Of a stretch of DNA of 30,820 bases, positions 17,996-26,676 are shown piece by piece. Position 1 is the first letter of the stretch. Every line of letters starts with the position of its first letter. The stretch covers positions 1 to 30,820 of the forward strand of contig CAYXLY010000001.1 in NCBI GenBank assembly GCA_964466005.1, read 5' to 3'. The stretch is from an uncultured Spirochaetaceae bacterium. GTDB lineage: Bacteria > Myxococcota_A > UBA9160 > UBA4427. A program made the position numbers and the translations under genes. Under the pieces are notes generated by a model. The model was not told the DNA's origin. It made no database searches and worked only from the letters and a program-made list of their open reading frames with translations.

Positions 17996-19410
17996 AACGT
18001 CCGGCTTCGCTCCGCCTCCTCGCCGATCTCCGGCCCGGCGAGGGGCCGATCGCGCTCCTGATGTGCAGCTACTTCTTCCTCGTGATCACGAGCTTCTGGA
18101 TCCTGAAGCCCCTGAAGAAGACGCTCCTGCTCGGCCTCTACTCGGACCGGAGCTTCCTGCTCTTCGGCCAGGAGCTCGGCGGGCCCGAGGCCGAGCAGGT
18201 CGCCAAGGTCGTCAACATGGCGGTCGCAGCCGTCGCGGCCGCCGTCTTCTCCATGCTCGCCGCCCGCTATCGACGGCAGCAGCTCACCTACATCTCGACC
18301 TTCTTCTTCATCGGCGCCTACGGACTCTTCGCGGTCGTGCTCGGCGACCCCTCCGTGCCGGCCGTCTGGAGCTTCTATCTCCTCGGCGACCTCTTCAGCA
18401 CCCTGATGGTGGCCACCTTCTTCGCATTCCTGAACGACAGCGTCTCGCCGGACGCCGCGAAGCGGCTCTTCGGGCCGATCGGGTTCGGAGGCGTCGCGGG
18501 CGGCGTCTTCGGTGCGAGCATCGTCGCCTACTTCATCTCCCTGGCGTCGCTGCGCGAATGGCTCGCCGTGACGACCGCGATCGCCCTTCTCATCCTCTGG
18601 ATCGCCCGGGCGGCCGGCCGTCGCGTGGCGACGACGAGCGGCTCCGGCCCGGGATGGGGCGACGAGAGCGGCTCGAGCGACGGATCCTCGCCTTCCCCGG
18701 TGGCCTCGCCGCCATCATCAGCCCCGACGCCATCGGCCTCCCCATCGCCGAACGACATGGGCGGCAGTCCGGCATGGGCGGGAGCGCGCCTCGTCTTCCG
18801 CTCCCCATACCTGCTCTCGATCGTCGCGGTCGTGGCGATCTACGAGATCGTCTCGACGGTGGTCGACTATCAGTTCACCCGGGGAGTCGTGCATTTCGTG
18901 AGTGACGAGGCGGCGCAGCGGCAGCATTTCGCGTCCGTCTTCGCCTTCACGAACTGGACGTCGATGATCGTCCAGCTCTTCCTGACCAGCTTCGTGATGC
19001 GCCGCTTCGGACTGGTCGTGGCGCTGATGATCCTGCCGGTCGCCCTCTTCTCGGCGAGCGGGGCCTTCATGCTCTTCCCCACCCTCTGGATCGCCAGCTC
19101 GCTGAACACCGTCGACAACGGATTCAGCTACTCGATCAACCAGTCCGCCAAGGAGGCGCTCTACGTCCCCACGACGAAGCAGGAGAAGTATCAGGCCAAG
19201 GCCTTCATCGACATGTTCGTCCAACGCTTCGCGAAGACCCTCGCGGTGGGCGTGAGCCTCACGACCGCTACCCTCTTCCCGACCTTCGGCGCGGCGCGGG
19301 GCCTGACGTTCTTCCTGCTTCCGCTGATGCTCGCGTGGGGCATCGCGGCCCGATATGCCGGAAGGCGCTTCGCCGAAGCGACCGAGAGGCGGCCCCGTCC
19401 ACCGCTCTGA
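17992..19410 (+). CDS. NTT/TLC (Npt1/Npt2) family nucleotide translocase, stand-alone
   Basis: FWILKPLKK, FFAFLND..DAAKRLFGPIGFGGVAG, YSINQSAKEALYVP..KYQAKAFID; ~12 TM. TTG start overlaps the kinase stop (TTGA). Confidence 0.88.
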   Translation: MKRPASLRLLADLRPGEGPIALLMCSYFFLVITSFWILKPLKKTLLLGLYSDRSFLLFGQELGGPEAEQVAKVVNMAVAAVAAAVFSMLAARYRRQQLTYISTFFFIGAYGLFAVVLGDPSVPAVWSFYLLGDLFSTLMVATFFAFLNDSVSPDAAKRLFGPIGFGGVAGGVFGASIVAYFISLASLREWLAVTTAIALLILWIARAAGRRVATTSGSGPGWGDESGSSDGSSPSPVASPPSSAPTPSASPSPNDMGGSPAWAGARLVFRSPYLLSIVAVVAIYEIVSTVVDYQFTRGVVHFVSDEAAQRQHFASVFAFTNWTSMIVQLFLTSFVMRRFGLVVALMILPVALFSASGAFMLFPTLWIASSLNTVDNGFSYSINQSAKEALYVPTTKQEKYQAKAFIDMFVQRFAKTLAVGVSLTTATLFPTFGAARGLTFFLLPLMLAWGIAARYAGRRFAEATERRPRPPL

Positions 19411-19491
19411 GGACGCGGGCGAGTGCACGGGAGCAGGCGGGAGAAGAGAGCCCGGAAGGCTCGATGAAGACCGAGGAAGGAGAAGAGAGAC

Positions 19492-20331
19492 ATGACGGAG
19501 CTGGAAGATCGCAGCGCGCTCGTCACGGGGGGTGGAACCGGGATCGGCCTCGGCATCACCCGTTCGCTCCTCGAGGCCGGCGCCCGGGTCACGATCGCTG
19601 CGAGACGGGTCGACGTGCTCGGCGCGGCCCTCTCGCAGCTCGAGACGGAGGGCCACGGGGGGCGGATCCAGAGCGTGGCTTGTGACGTGACGGACGAGGA
19701 GCAGGTCGCAGCCGCCGTCCAGAGCGCCTCGGGAGAGACCGGGCTCGACATCCTCGTGAACAACGCCGGCTCCGCCATGCCCGGCGTGCTCATGCAGATG
19801 GGCGCCGATGCCTGGCGTTTCTGCAGCGACATCAACCTCGTCGGGCCGGCCCTCTGCATGAAGCATGCAGCGCTCGGAATGAAGGATCACGGCGGGGGGC
19901 GGATCGTCAACATCTCGTCCGTCTCGGCCACCCACTACCAGCCCTGGCTCATCGGCTACAACGCCACCAAGGCGGCTCAGGACATGCTCACCCGTTCGGC
20001 GGCCGTGGAGCTCGCCCAGCATGGCATCCGGGTGAACGGCGTGGCGCCCGGGTTCGTCCCCGTGAACGACTTCATGAACGACGTCGCAGCGGGCTATCGG
20101 CAGATCACGCCCGCCAGGCGCCCCGGAGAGCCTCGCGACGTCGCGGAGGCCGTCCTCTTCCTGGCGTCCGATCGAAGCGCCTGGATCACCGGACAGATCC
20201 TCGCCGTCGACGGGGGACTGTCGGTGCCTCTCATGCTGGACATGGGCGCTCCCGCGAAGCTCCTCTACGGCGAGGAGCGCGTCGAGAGCTGGGGGGTCGA
20301 GGACTATCGGAGCGTGCGTACGGACGAGTGA
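19492..20331 (+). CDS. Classical SDR oxidoreductase, probably NADP(H)-preferring
   Basis: TGGGTGIG, NNAG, YNATK; basic ARR after beta-2. Confidence 0.93.
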   Translation: MTELEDRSALVTGGGTGIGLGITRSLLEAGARVTIAARRVDVLGAALSQLETEGHGGRIQSVACDVTDEEQVAAAVQSASGETGLDILVNNAGSAMPGVLMQMGADAWRFCSDINLVGPALCMKHAALGMKDHGGGRIVNISSVSATHYQPWLIGYNATKAAQDMLTRSAAVELAQHGIRVNGVAPGFVPVNDFMNDVAAGYRQITPARRPGEPRDVAEAVLFLASDRSAWITGQILAVDGGLSVPLMLDMGAPAKLLYGEERVESWGVEDYRSVRTDE

Positions 20332-20381
20332 CCTTGCGGAGCGAGCTCCGGTCCCCCGAAGAGGGTCCCGACAGGCGGCGC

Positions 20382-21233
20382 TCAGCCGGGCTGGATGCCC
20401 GCCTCCGACACGATCGGGGCGTTCGTCCAATTCCCGTTCGCGAGCCGGTAGAAGCCGGCGGCCGCCATCGCGCCACCATCGACGGGCAGGGTCACGCCCG
20501 TCATCCAGGAGGAGAGCTCCGAGGCGAGGAAGAGGGCGGCCCCGGCATGATCGTCCGGCCTGCCGAAGCGGCCGAGCGGCGTCATGCGCGACACGTGCTC
20601 CGCATGGCGCTCGGGGATCCACCGCTGCAGCGGGACCTGCTCCGTCTCGGTCGTCTCGGGGGCGATGGCGTTCACGCGCACGCCACGCGGCGCGACCTCG
20701 AGCGCGAAGCTGCGCGTGAACCCGGTGATGGCCGTCTTGAACGCGGCGTAGATGGAGTTGAAGGGAATTCCCCGGAAGGTCTCGATCGTCGAGACGTTGA
20801 TGATCGAGCCCGAGCCCCGCTCGACCATCCCGGGCGCGAGTGCGCGCGTGCAGCGGAAGACGTGCTTGAGGTTGACCTCGTAGAGGCTCTCCCAATCCTC
20901 CTCCGTCGTCCGGAGGAAGGGCCCGGCCCCAGGCATGAAGTTCCCGACGTTGTTGACGAGGATGTCGACCCGGCCGAAGCGATCGAGGGCGTCCGTCGCC
21001 AGCGCCTCGACGCCCTCTCGCGACTGGACGTCGACGACACAGCCGAGCGCCTCTCCCCCCCGTGTCTCGATCGCGCTCACGACCTCCCGAGCGAGATCGG
21101 GCTCCCGATCGACGACGACGACCTGCGCGCCGTGGGCGGCGAAGGTCTCCACGATGGAGCGGCCGATCCCGCTCCCCGATCCGGTGACGAGAGCGACCTT
21201 CGAGTCCAGGGACGTGGATTGCGGTTCGAGCAT
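20382..21233 (-). CDS. Classical SDR oxidoreductase, probably NAD(H)-preferring
   Basis: TGSGSGIG, NNVG, YAAFK; Asp after beta-2 (VVVDRE). Confidence 0.93.
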   Translation of the reverse strand: MLEPQSTSLDSKVALVTGSGSGIGRSIVETFAAHGAQVVVVDREPDLAREVVSAIETRGGEALGCVVDVQSREGVEALATDALDRFGRVDILVNNVGNFMPGAGPFLRTTEEDWESLYEVNLKHVFRCTRALAPGMVERGSGSIINVSTIETFRGIPFNSIYAAFKTAITGFTRSFALEVAPRGVRVNAIAPETTETEQVPLQRWIPERHAEHVSRMTPLGRFGRPDDHAGAALFLASELSSWMTGVTLPVDGGAMAAAGFYRLANGNWTNAPIVSEAGIQPG

Positions 21234-21311
21234 GCATCCTCCTCGGCGGCAGGGTTGCGAAGCGGATCGAGCGGCGGGACCCCGTTTGCGGTGGAGCGGC
21301 GAGCGCGCGTC

Positions 21312-21707
21312 TCAGCCGATCACGAGATCCCGGAATCTCTGCGAGTCGGTGAACTCCTGCATCCGCACGACTCGTCCGTCCGCACAGGTGTAGACCCAGC
21401 AGTAGACGTTGGAGTAGTCCGTGCCTCGGGTCGTCCGGCACTTCATCCGCTGGAGGAGGACGACCTTGTCGCCCTCGGCCACGATCCCGTCGACCTCCAC
21501 CTCCATCGTCGACAGGTCGAAGTTCTCCGCGCCGGCCTTCGCCATGGCCTCGAAGACGGCCTCCCGTCCCTGGACCGGTGCGAACACGGAGCCCGGCGGC
21601 TCCCATCGAAGATCGTCGGCCGTCAGTCGTCGCATCGCCTCGGCGTCGCCTCGGCCCTGTGCGGCCAGGAAGCCCAATACGGTCTCTCGACTCTCCTCGG
21701 TCGTCAC
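21312..21707 (-). CDS. NTF2-like / SnoaL-like protein
   Basis: 131 aa; DDLRWEPPG..GREAV..VAEGDKVV..YSNVYCWVY..DGRV..EFTD; GAGGAG RBS. Confidence 0.88.
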   Translation of the reverse strand: MTTEESRETVLGFLAAQGRGDAEAMRRLTADDLRWEPPGSVFAPVQGREAVFEAMAKAGAENFDLSTMEVEVDGIVAEGDKVVLLQRMKCRTTRGTDYSNVYCWVYTCADGRVVRMQEFTDSQRFRDLVIG

Positions 21708-21826
21708 GGATCGTCTCCTCTCTTCTTTCTTCTCTCGTGGAATGCTCTGGAACGAGACGCGGCCGGCGTTCGGCCTCTTCTTCGATCTCGATCGATCTCG
21801 GCTTCAGCTTCGGCTTCGGCCTCGGC

Positions 21827-23568
21827 CTATCGACGTCCTCGGACCAGACGCCCGGGCAGCGCGCCCGTGGCCTGTCCGTCCCGGAAGACGATCTCTCCCG
21901 CGCAGATCGTCGCAACGTAGCCCTCTGCCCGCTGGAGGATCCGCGAGGCGCCCGTCGGCAGATCCGGCGTGATCTCGGGAAAGCCCAGTCGAACCCGATC
22001 GAGATCGATGAGATTCAGATCGGCCCGTCGGCCGGGCGCCACGATTCCCCGATCCGTCAGCCCATAGAGAGCGGCGCCCTCCTGGCTCATCATCTGGACT
22101 GCCCGCTCGAGCGGAAGCCGCGGCCCCCGGCTGCGGTCGCGCACCCAGTGTTGCAGGACGAAGGAAGGCCAGCTCGCATCGCAGATCATGCTGCAATGGG
22201 CTCCGCCGTCGCCGAGACCGAGCACGCTCGCCTCGTCCTGCATCATCTCGCCCACGGCGTCGAGGTTGCCGTGGGCGTAGCCGACGAAGAAGACGACCAT
22301 CATGCGGGTCGTCCCGTCCTCCGAGCGGGCCGCGAGGTCGACCATCGTGTCGTAGAGCAGATGCATCGGGTCGACGCCCGAGGCGGCGGCCCGCGCGCCG
22401 ATCGACTCCGCGGGATCCGGCTCGAAGACGACCCGCCGTCCATGGCGAAGGTGCTCCCGAGCGCAGGTCCCAGGACCATCAGGCTGGGATTGTCACGCGA
22501 GGCTTCGTCCAGGATGCGGGCTCGACGTGCCGGGTCCTGGAGCGCTCCGACCCGCTCGCGATGAGGCCGGGCTGCAATCTCCTGATAGGCGGGACTGACG
22601 GCGAAGGGGTTGAAGGTGTCGAGTGAGAGCATGAGGCCGCCGCCACGGCTCAGGACCTGCGGAACCAGCTTCGCGCCGGCCGCGTTCGCCTCGTGCGTCT
22701 TGCGCATCCCCTCCCGCCACTCCTCGGGATAGGCGTGCACCTGCGGCGAAGTGAAGGTCACGGTCGCGCCCGTGGCCAGGCTGATCTCGCGATAGAGATC
22801 GACCTCGCGCGGGATGCCCCCCTCCTCCTCGTTCGTGCCTCCGATGGGGACGGATTGCATCAGCTGGCCGCCGCCCTTCACCACCGCTCGAGTGAGAGCC
22901 ATCAGCTCCTCGCCCGAGGCGAAGGTGCCCGGCACGGGGTCGCCGTGAATGCTCGTGTGTCCGGGCAGGCGATTCGTCGAGAAGGCGAGCGCACCGGCGC
23001 GCACGCCTTCCTCGACCAGGCGCGCCATCCGGTCGAGGTCGTCGGCCGTGGCGGGCTCCTGACGCGCTCCACGCTGGCCCATCACGTAGACGCGGAGGGC
23101 GCCGTGCGGAATCTGCGCGCCGACGTCGATCGTCCGCGGCCGCTTCTCGAGGGCGTCCAGGTACTCGGGGAAGCTCTCCCAGGCCCAGTCGATGCCCTCG
23201 TGCAGGGCCGTTCCGGGAATGTCCTCGACCCCCTCCATCAGCTCGATCAGCCAGCCGTGCTCGTCGGGCTTCGCCGGCGCGAAGCCGACCCCGCAATTGC
23301 CCATGATCACCGTGGTCACGCCATGCCAGCTCGAGGGCGCCAGCATCGGGTCCCAGGTCGCCTGGCCGTCGTAGTGGGTGTGCACGTCGACGAACCCCGG
23401 CGTGAGGAGCCGTCCGTCCGCATCGAGGACCTCGCCCCGGACCTCTGCGATCGTGCCCGCATCCGCGATCTCGGCGATGCGATCTCCCTCGACGCGGACG
23501 TCGGCGTCGCGGGCCGGTGCGCCCGTCCCGTCGACGAGCCGCGCGTTCCGGATCAACAGGTCGGCCAT
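21827..23568 (-). pseudogene. N-acyl-D-amino-acid deacylase-like amidohydrolase, split by a frameshift near 22432-22434 (real or sequencing error)
   Basis: [11 protein letters not shown] and GNCG in the 5' part; SDGGAH-equivalent GDGGAH and PGRRADLNLID in the 3' part. One extra G restores a continuous 580-aa frame (..MDGGVVFEPDPAESIGARAA..). Confidence 0.85.
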
Positions 23569-23821
23569 GTGCGTCTCCTCTCCCCTCTGTCGCCCTTCGT
23601 GGTCTCGTCTCTCGCGCCGACGCCCCTCGGTCCACGCTGCGCATCTCGAGGGCCCGACTGCTCGGCCGAGCGATCTTCGACGATACGGCAGGCCCGGGAG
23701 CAGGCGCCACCGCTCGAGAGAGCGCCCGCTCTCGTTCGATCGGGGCCCGCGAGGGGAGACGAAGAGGCGAGGCGGCGGGACGACGACTCCGGAACCGCGG
23801 GACAGAGGGAAGCCCCGGACC

Positions 23822-24187
23822 TCAGAAGATCTCCTTCTCCTCGGTCACGAAGACCGACGAGCGAGCGAAGTCGAGGAACTCCGCCTCGTCCTCGAGCAGG
23901 CGCTGCGCCGCCTCCGCAGCGGCCTGCGAACCCTGGGCGCCCATGGCCTCGAGGCTCTCGAACCAGACCTCCGTGATCCCGTCATAGGCCGGCTGGGTGC
24001 CGCGCGAGGCCCGAATGGGATCGTTCACCGCGTCCGGCAGGGTATGGCTCTGGACATAGCGCTTCATCATCGGGAGCTGCTCGCGCAGCCTTCGGACGAG
24101 TGGACCATGGACGTCGAGCCATCGCGTCTGGAAGGCCTCGCGGGTCATGCCGGGCTTGCGGGTACAGCAGAAGACGAGCTTCACCAT
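23822..24187 (-). CDS. EthD domain protein
   Basis: RKPGMTREAF..W...HGPL..RYVQ..YDGITEVWF. Confidence 0.9.
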   Translation of the reverse strand: MVKLVFCCTRKPGMTREAFQTRWLDVHGPLVRRLREQLPMMKRYVQSHTLPDAVNDPIRASRGTQPAYDGITEVWFESLEAMGAQGSQAAAEAAQRLLEDEAEFLDFARSSVFVTEEKEIF

Positions 24188-24212
24188 GGAGCCTCCGATC
24201 GGGAGCTCGACC

Positions 24213-25115
24213 TCAGGATGGGCCGAGCGGGGACATCACCTGATCCCGAAAGCGCGCGAGCTCGTCGGGCAGCGCGCCGTCGAGCTCGCCGCGGGGCGGC
24301 AGGACGACGACCCTTTCGGCTCCGAGCTCGGCGCAGAGCTCGGCCGTCTCGAGGGCGGTCTTCGCGTCGCTCGTGCTCGTGAGCGTCAGCCCGATCGAGT
24401 CCGGATCTCGACCGGCCTCCTCGGCGGCCTGCGCGATCCGGGTCTGCAGCCGTCGGAGCTCCTCGACGTTCGGCCCGCGTGTCGACCAGTGGGGATAGAA
24501 CTCGTCGCCGAGACGTCCCGCGCGGCGCGCCGCCGCCTCGCTGTGTCCGCCGATCATGATCGGCACCCCGCCCGTCTGGAGAGGCTTGGGGTTGCTCACG
24601 ATGCCTCCGAAGCGGAAGGAGTCGCCCTGGTGTGCCGCCACGGGCTCGGTCCAGAGCGTGCGCAGGATGGCGAGCCACTCGTCGGCCCGACGGCCCCGAT
24701 CACCGAAATCCTGTCCCAGCACCTCCGTCTCCTCCTTCACCCAGCCCACTCCCACGCCGAGCGTGACCCGGCCCTTCGAGTAGCGATCGAGCGAGGCGAC
24801 CTCCTTCGCGAGGATCATCGGATGGCGTTGGGGAAGGATCAGCATCGCCGTGCCCAGGCGGATCCGCTCGGTCACGCCCGCGATCATTGCGAGCAGGATC
24901 AGCGGATCGGGCATGTTCCCCTCCGCGGGGATCGGCGTGCGTCCCGTCGTCTTGTACGGATACCTCGAGTCGTACTCGAGACACATGAGCGCATGATCGA
25001 TCGTCCAGAGCGACTCGAAGCCCATCTCCTCGACGAGCCGCGCATAACGCACGATGAAATCCGGATCCTCGATCGGGCCCATCTGCGGCGGAGGAATGCG
25101 TATCCCGAACTTCAT
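24213..25115 (-). CDS. LLM-class, probably F420-dependent oxidoreductase
   Basis: GFESLWTIDH, RIRLGT..ILPQRHP..LAKEVASLDRYSKGRVTLGVGVGW..EE, IMIGGHS.AA.RRAGRLGD. GAGGAG RBS before ATG25115. Confidence 0.9.
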   Translation of the reverse strand: MKFGIRIPPPQMGPIEDPDFIVRYARLVEEMGFESLWTIDHALMCLEYDSRYPYKTTGRTPIPAEGNMPDPLILLAMIAGVTERIRLGTAMLILPQRHPMILAKEVASLDRYSKGRVTLGVGVGWVKEETEVLGQDFGDRGRRADEWLAILRTLWTEPVAAHQGDSFRFGGIVSNPKPLQTGGVPIMIGGHSEAAARRAGRLGDEFYPHWSTRGPNVEELRRLQTRIAQAAEEAGRDPDSIGLTLTSTSDAKTALETAELCAELGAERVVVLPPRGELDGALPDELARFRDQVMSPLGPS

Positions 25116-25140
25116 GGAGATCTCCTCGTCGGACAGGACC

Positions 25141-26616
25141 TCAGCGGGAGGGCGCGGCCGCGACCGCACGCCCCGCTCGCCGTCCGAAATAGCTCGCGTC
25201 TCCCAGCGAAGCGCCGCTTCCGGGATAGCCGTGGCCGCTGAAGAGGGCGGCCGTCCGACCCGCCGCATGGAGGCCGGGAACACGCAGACCGTCGGGCGAG
25301 AGCACCTCCCCGTCGAGCCCGGTCCGCAGACCCCCGAGCGTGAACCCCGACCAGATGGCGTTCTCGATCCGGCAGTCGATCAGGGCGAAAGGCGGCGTGA
25401 CGAGGGGCCGGAGGAGCTCGGGACGTTTGTGGAAGAGGGGATCCTCACCCTTGGCCGCGTGGCGGTTGTAGAGCTCCATCGTGGCGACCAGGACTCCTTC
25501 CGCGAATCCGGCCTCCCGCTCCAGCTCCTCGATCGTCTCCGCGACCCAGGAGGGCTCCATCCGGACCATTCCGCGGCGGAAGGTGGTCTCGTCGAGCAGG
25601 AGATAGACCCGACCCTGTTGATGGAAGAGGCCCTCGATCCCGATGTGGCCGTAATAGGTGTCTTCGTTGATGAATCGCTGGCCGGCGCCGTTCAGGTAGA
25701 CGCCCCGCGAGAGGGAGCTCGGGATCGTATAGGGAAGGGCCACCTCGCCGAGGTCCATGCGCAGCGTGTCGCCTCCAGCGCCCTGCCCCATCCGGATGCC
25801 GCTTCCGTCGTCGCCCTCCGTGCCGTTGGGATCGGTCACGCGAGCGAGCTGCGGGGCGTGGCGCGCCCGCATCTCGGGGTTCATGATGAAACCCCCGGCC
25901 GCGAGCACGACGCCCCTTCGTGCCCGGAAGAACCGATCGACGCCCGCGGTCCGGGCATGGATTCCGGCGACCGCGCCATCGTCGTCCAGAACGAGATTCT
26001 CGACGCGGGTATCGTTCTCGACCTCGACGCCGGAGCGCCCGACGGCCTCCAGCATGCACCGCATGAGGAGCCCCCCTCCCTTGCCCGGGACGCGGGGCTT
26101 GTGTCCGCGGGGCGCCGGTCGGGCGATCGAGCTCCAGGGATGACAATTCTCGCCGGCGCTGTAGACGAGACAGTCGTCGGTGCGCGGCTCGAGGCCGGGC
26201 TCCTCGCAGAAGGATCGCTTGAAGGGAACGCCCTGGGACTCGAGCCAATGGAAATGCTCGACACTGTCGCGGCAATAGAGCCGGATCTTCTCCTCGTCCG
26301 CCCCGGGCTGGGAGGCGGCGAGGAGGAAGGCGAACATCTCCTCCTCGCTGTCTTCGAAGCCAGCGGCCTGCTGGACCGGAGTCCCGCCCCCGAGATAGAT
26401 CAGCCCTCCCGAGAGCGCGGAGGCTCCGCCGCCTGCGCCCGCGCGCTCGAGCGCGATCACGCTGCGCCCGGCCGCGTCGGCCTCGAGCGCGGCACAGCAG
26501 CCCGCGACGCCCTGACCGACCACGAGGACATCGGCCTCGCGCTCGAAACGCACCACTTCTCGCGATCGGATCGGCTCGCTCGGCCGCCGCGGCTCGCTCC
26601 CGGACTCCGCAGTCAT
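25141..26616 (-). CDS. FAD-dependent oxidoreductase (FAD_binding_2), 3-ketosteroid delta4(5alpha)-dehydrogenase-like
   Basis: VVGQGVAG, SGGLIYLGGGTPVQ, RRGVVLAAGGF, RFINEDTY, FTLGGL, GLHAAGR, Y..SG.SLGD..FGRRAG. Confidence 0.8.
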   Translation of the reverse strand: MTAESGSEPRRPSEPIRSREVVRFEREADVLVVGQGVAGCCAALEADAAGRSVIALERAGAGGGASALSGGLIYLGGGTPVQQAAGFEDSEEEMFAFLLAASQPGADEEKIRLYCRDSVEHFHWLESQGVPFKRSFCEEPGLEPRTDDCLVYSAGENCHPWSSIARPAPRGHKPRVPGKGGGLLMRCMLEAVGRSGVEVENDTRVENLVLDDDGAVAGIHARTAGVDRFFRARRGVVLAAGGFIMNPEMRARHAPQLARVTDPNGTEGDDGSGIRMGQGAGGDTLRMDLGEVALPYTIPSSLSRGVYLNGAGQRFINEDTYYGHIGIEGLFHQQGRVYLLLDETTFRRGMVRMEPSWVAETIEELEREAGFAEGVLVATMELYNRHAAKGEDPLFHKRPELLRPLVTPPFALIDCRIENAIWSGFTLGGLRTGLDGEVLSPDGLRVPGLHAAGRTAALFSGHGYPGSGASLGDASYFGRRAGRAVAAAPSR

Positions 26617-26676
26617 CGATCTCCTCGCGCGCCCTGCATGGCCTGCGCGACCCGGATCGCCCGAGAGCCGGCCCGC

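Noticed and set aside
18718-21915. 1065-aa minus-strand ORF
   Set aside because: Overlaps four better-supported genes; low-complexity translation.
23581-23812. Weak complementarity between the ends of the 250-bp intergenic region (possible MITE or structured RNA)
   Set aside because: Explained by purine/pyrimidine tracts; no clean terminal repeats or target-site duplication.
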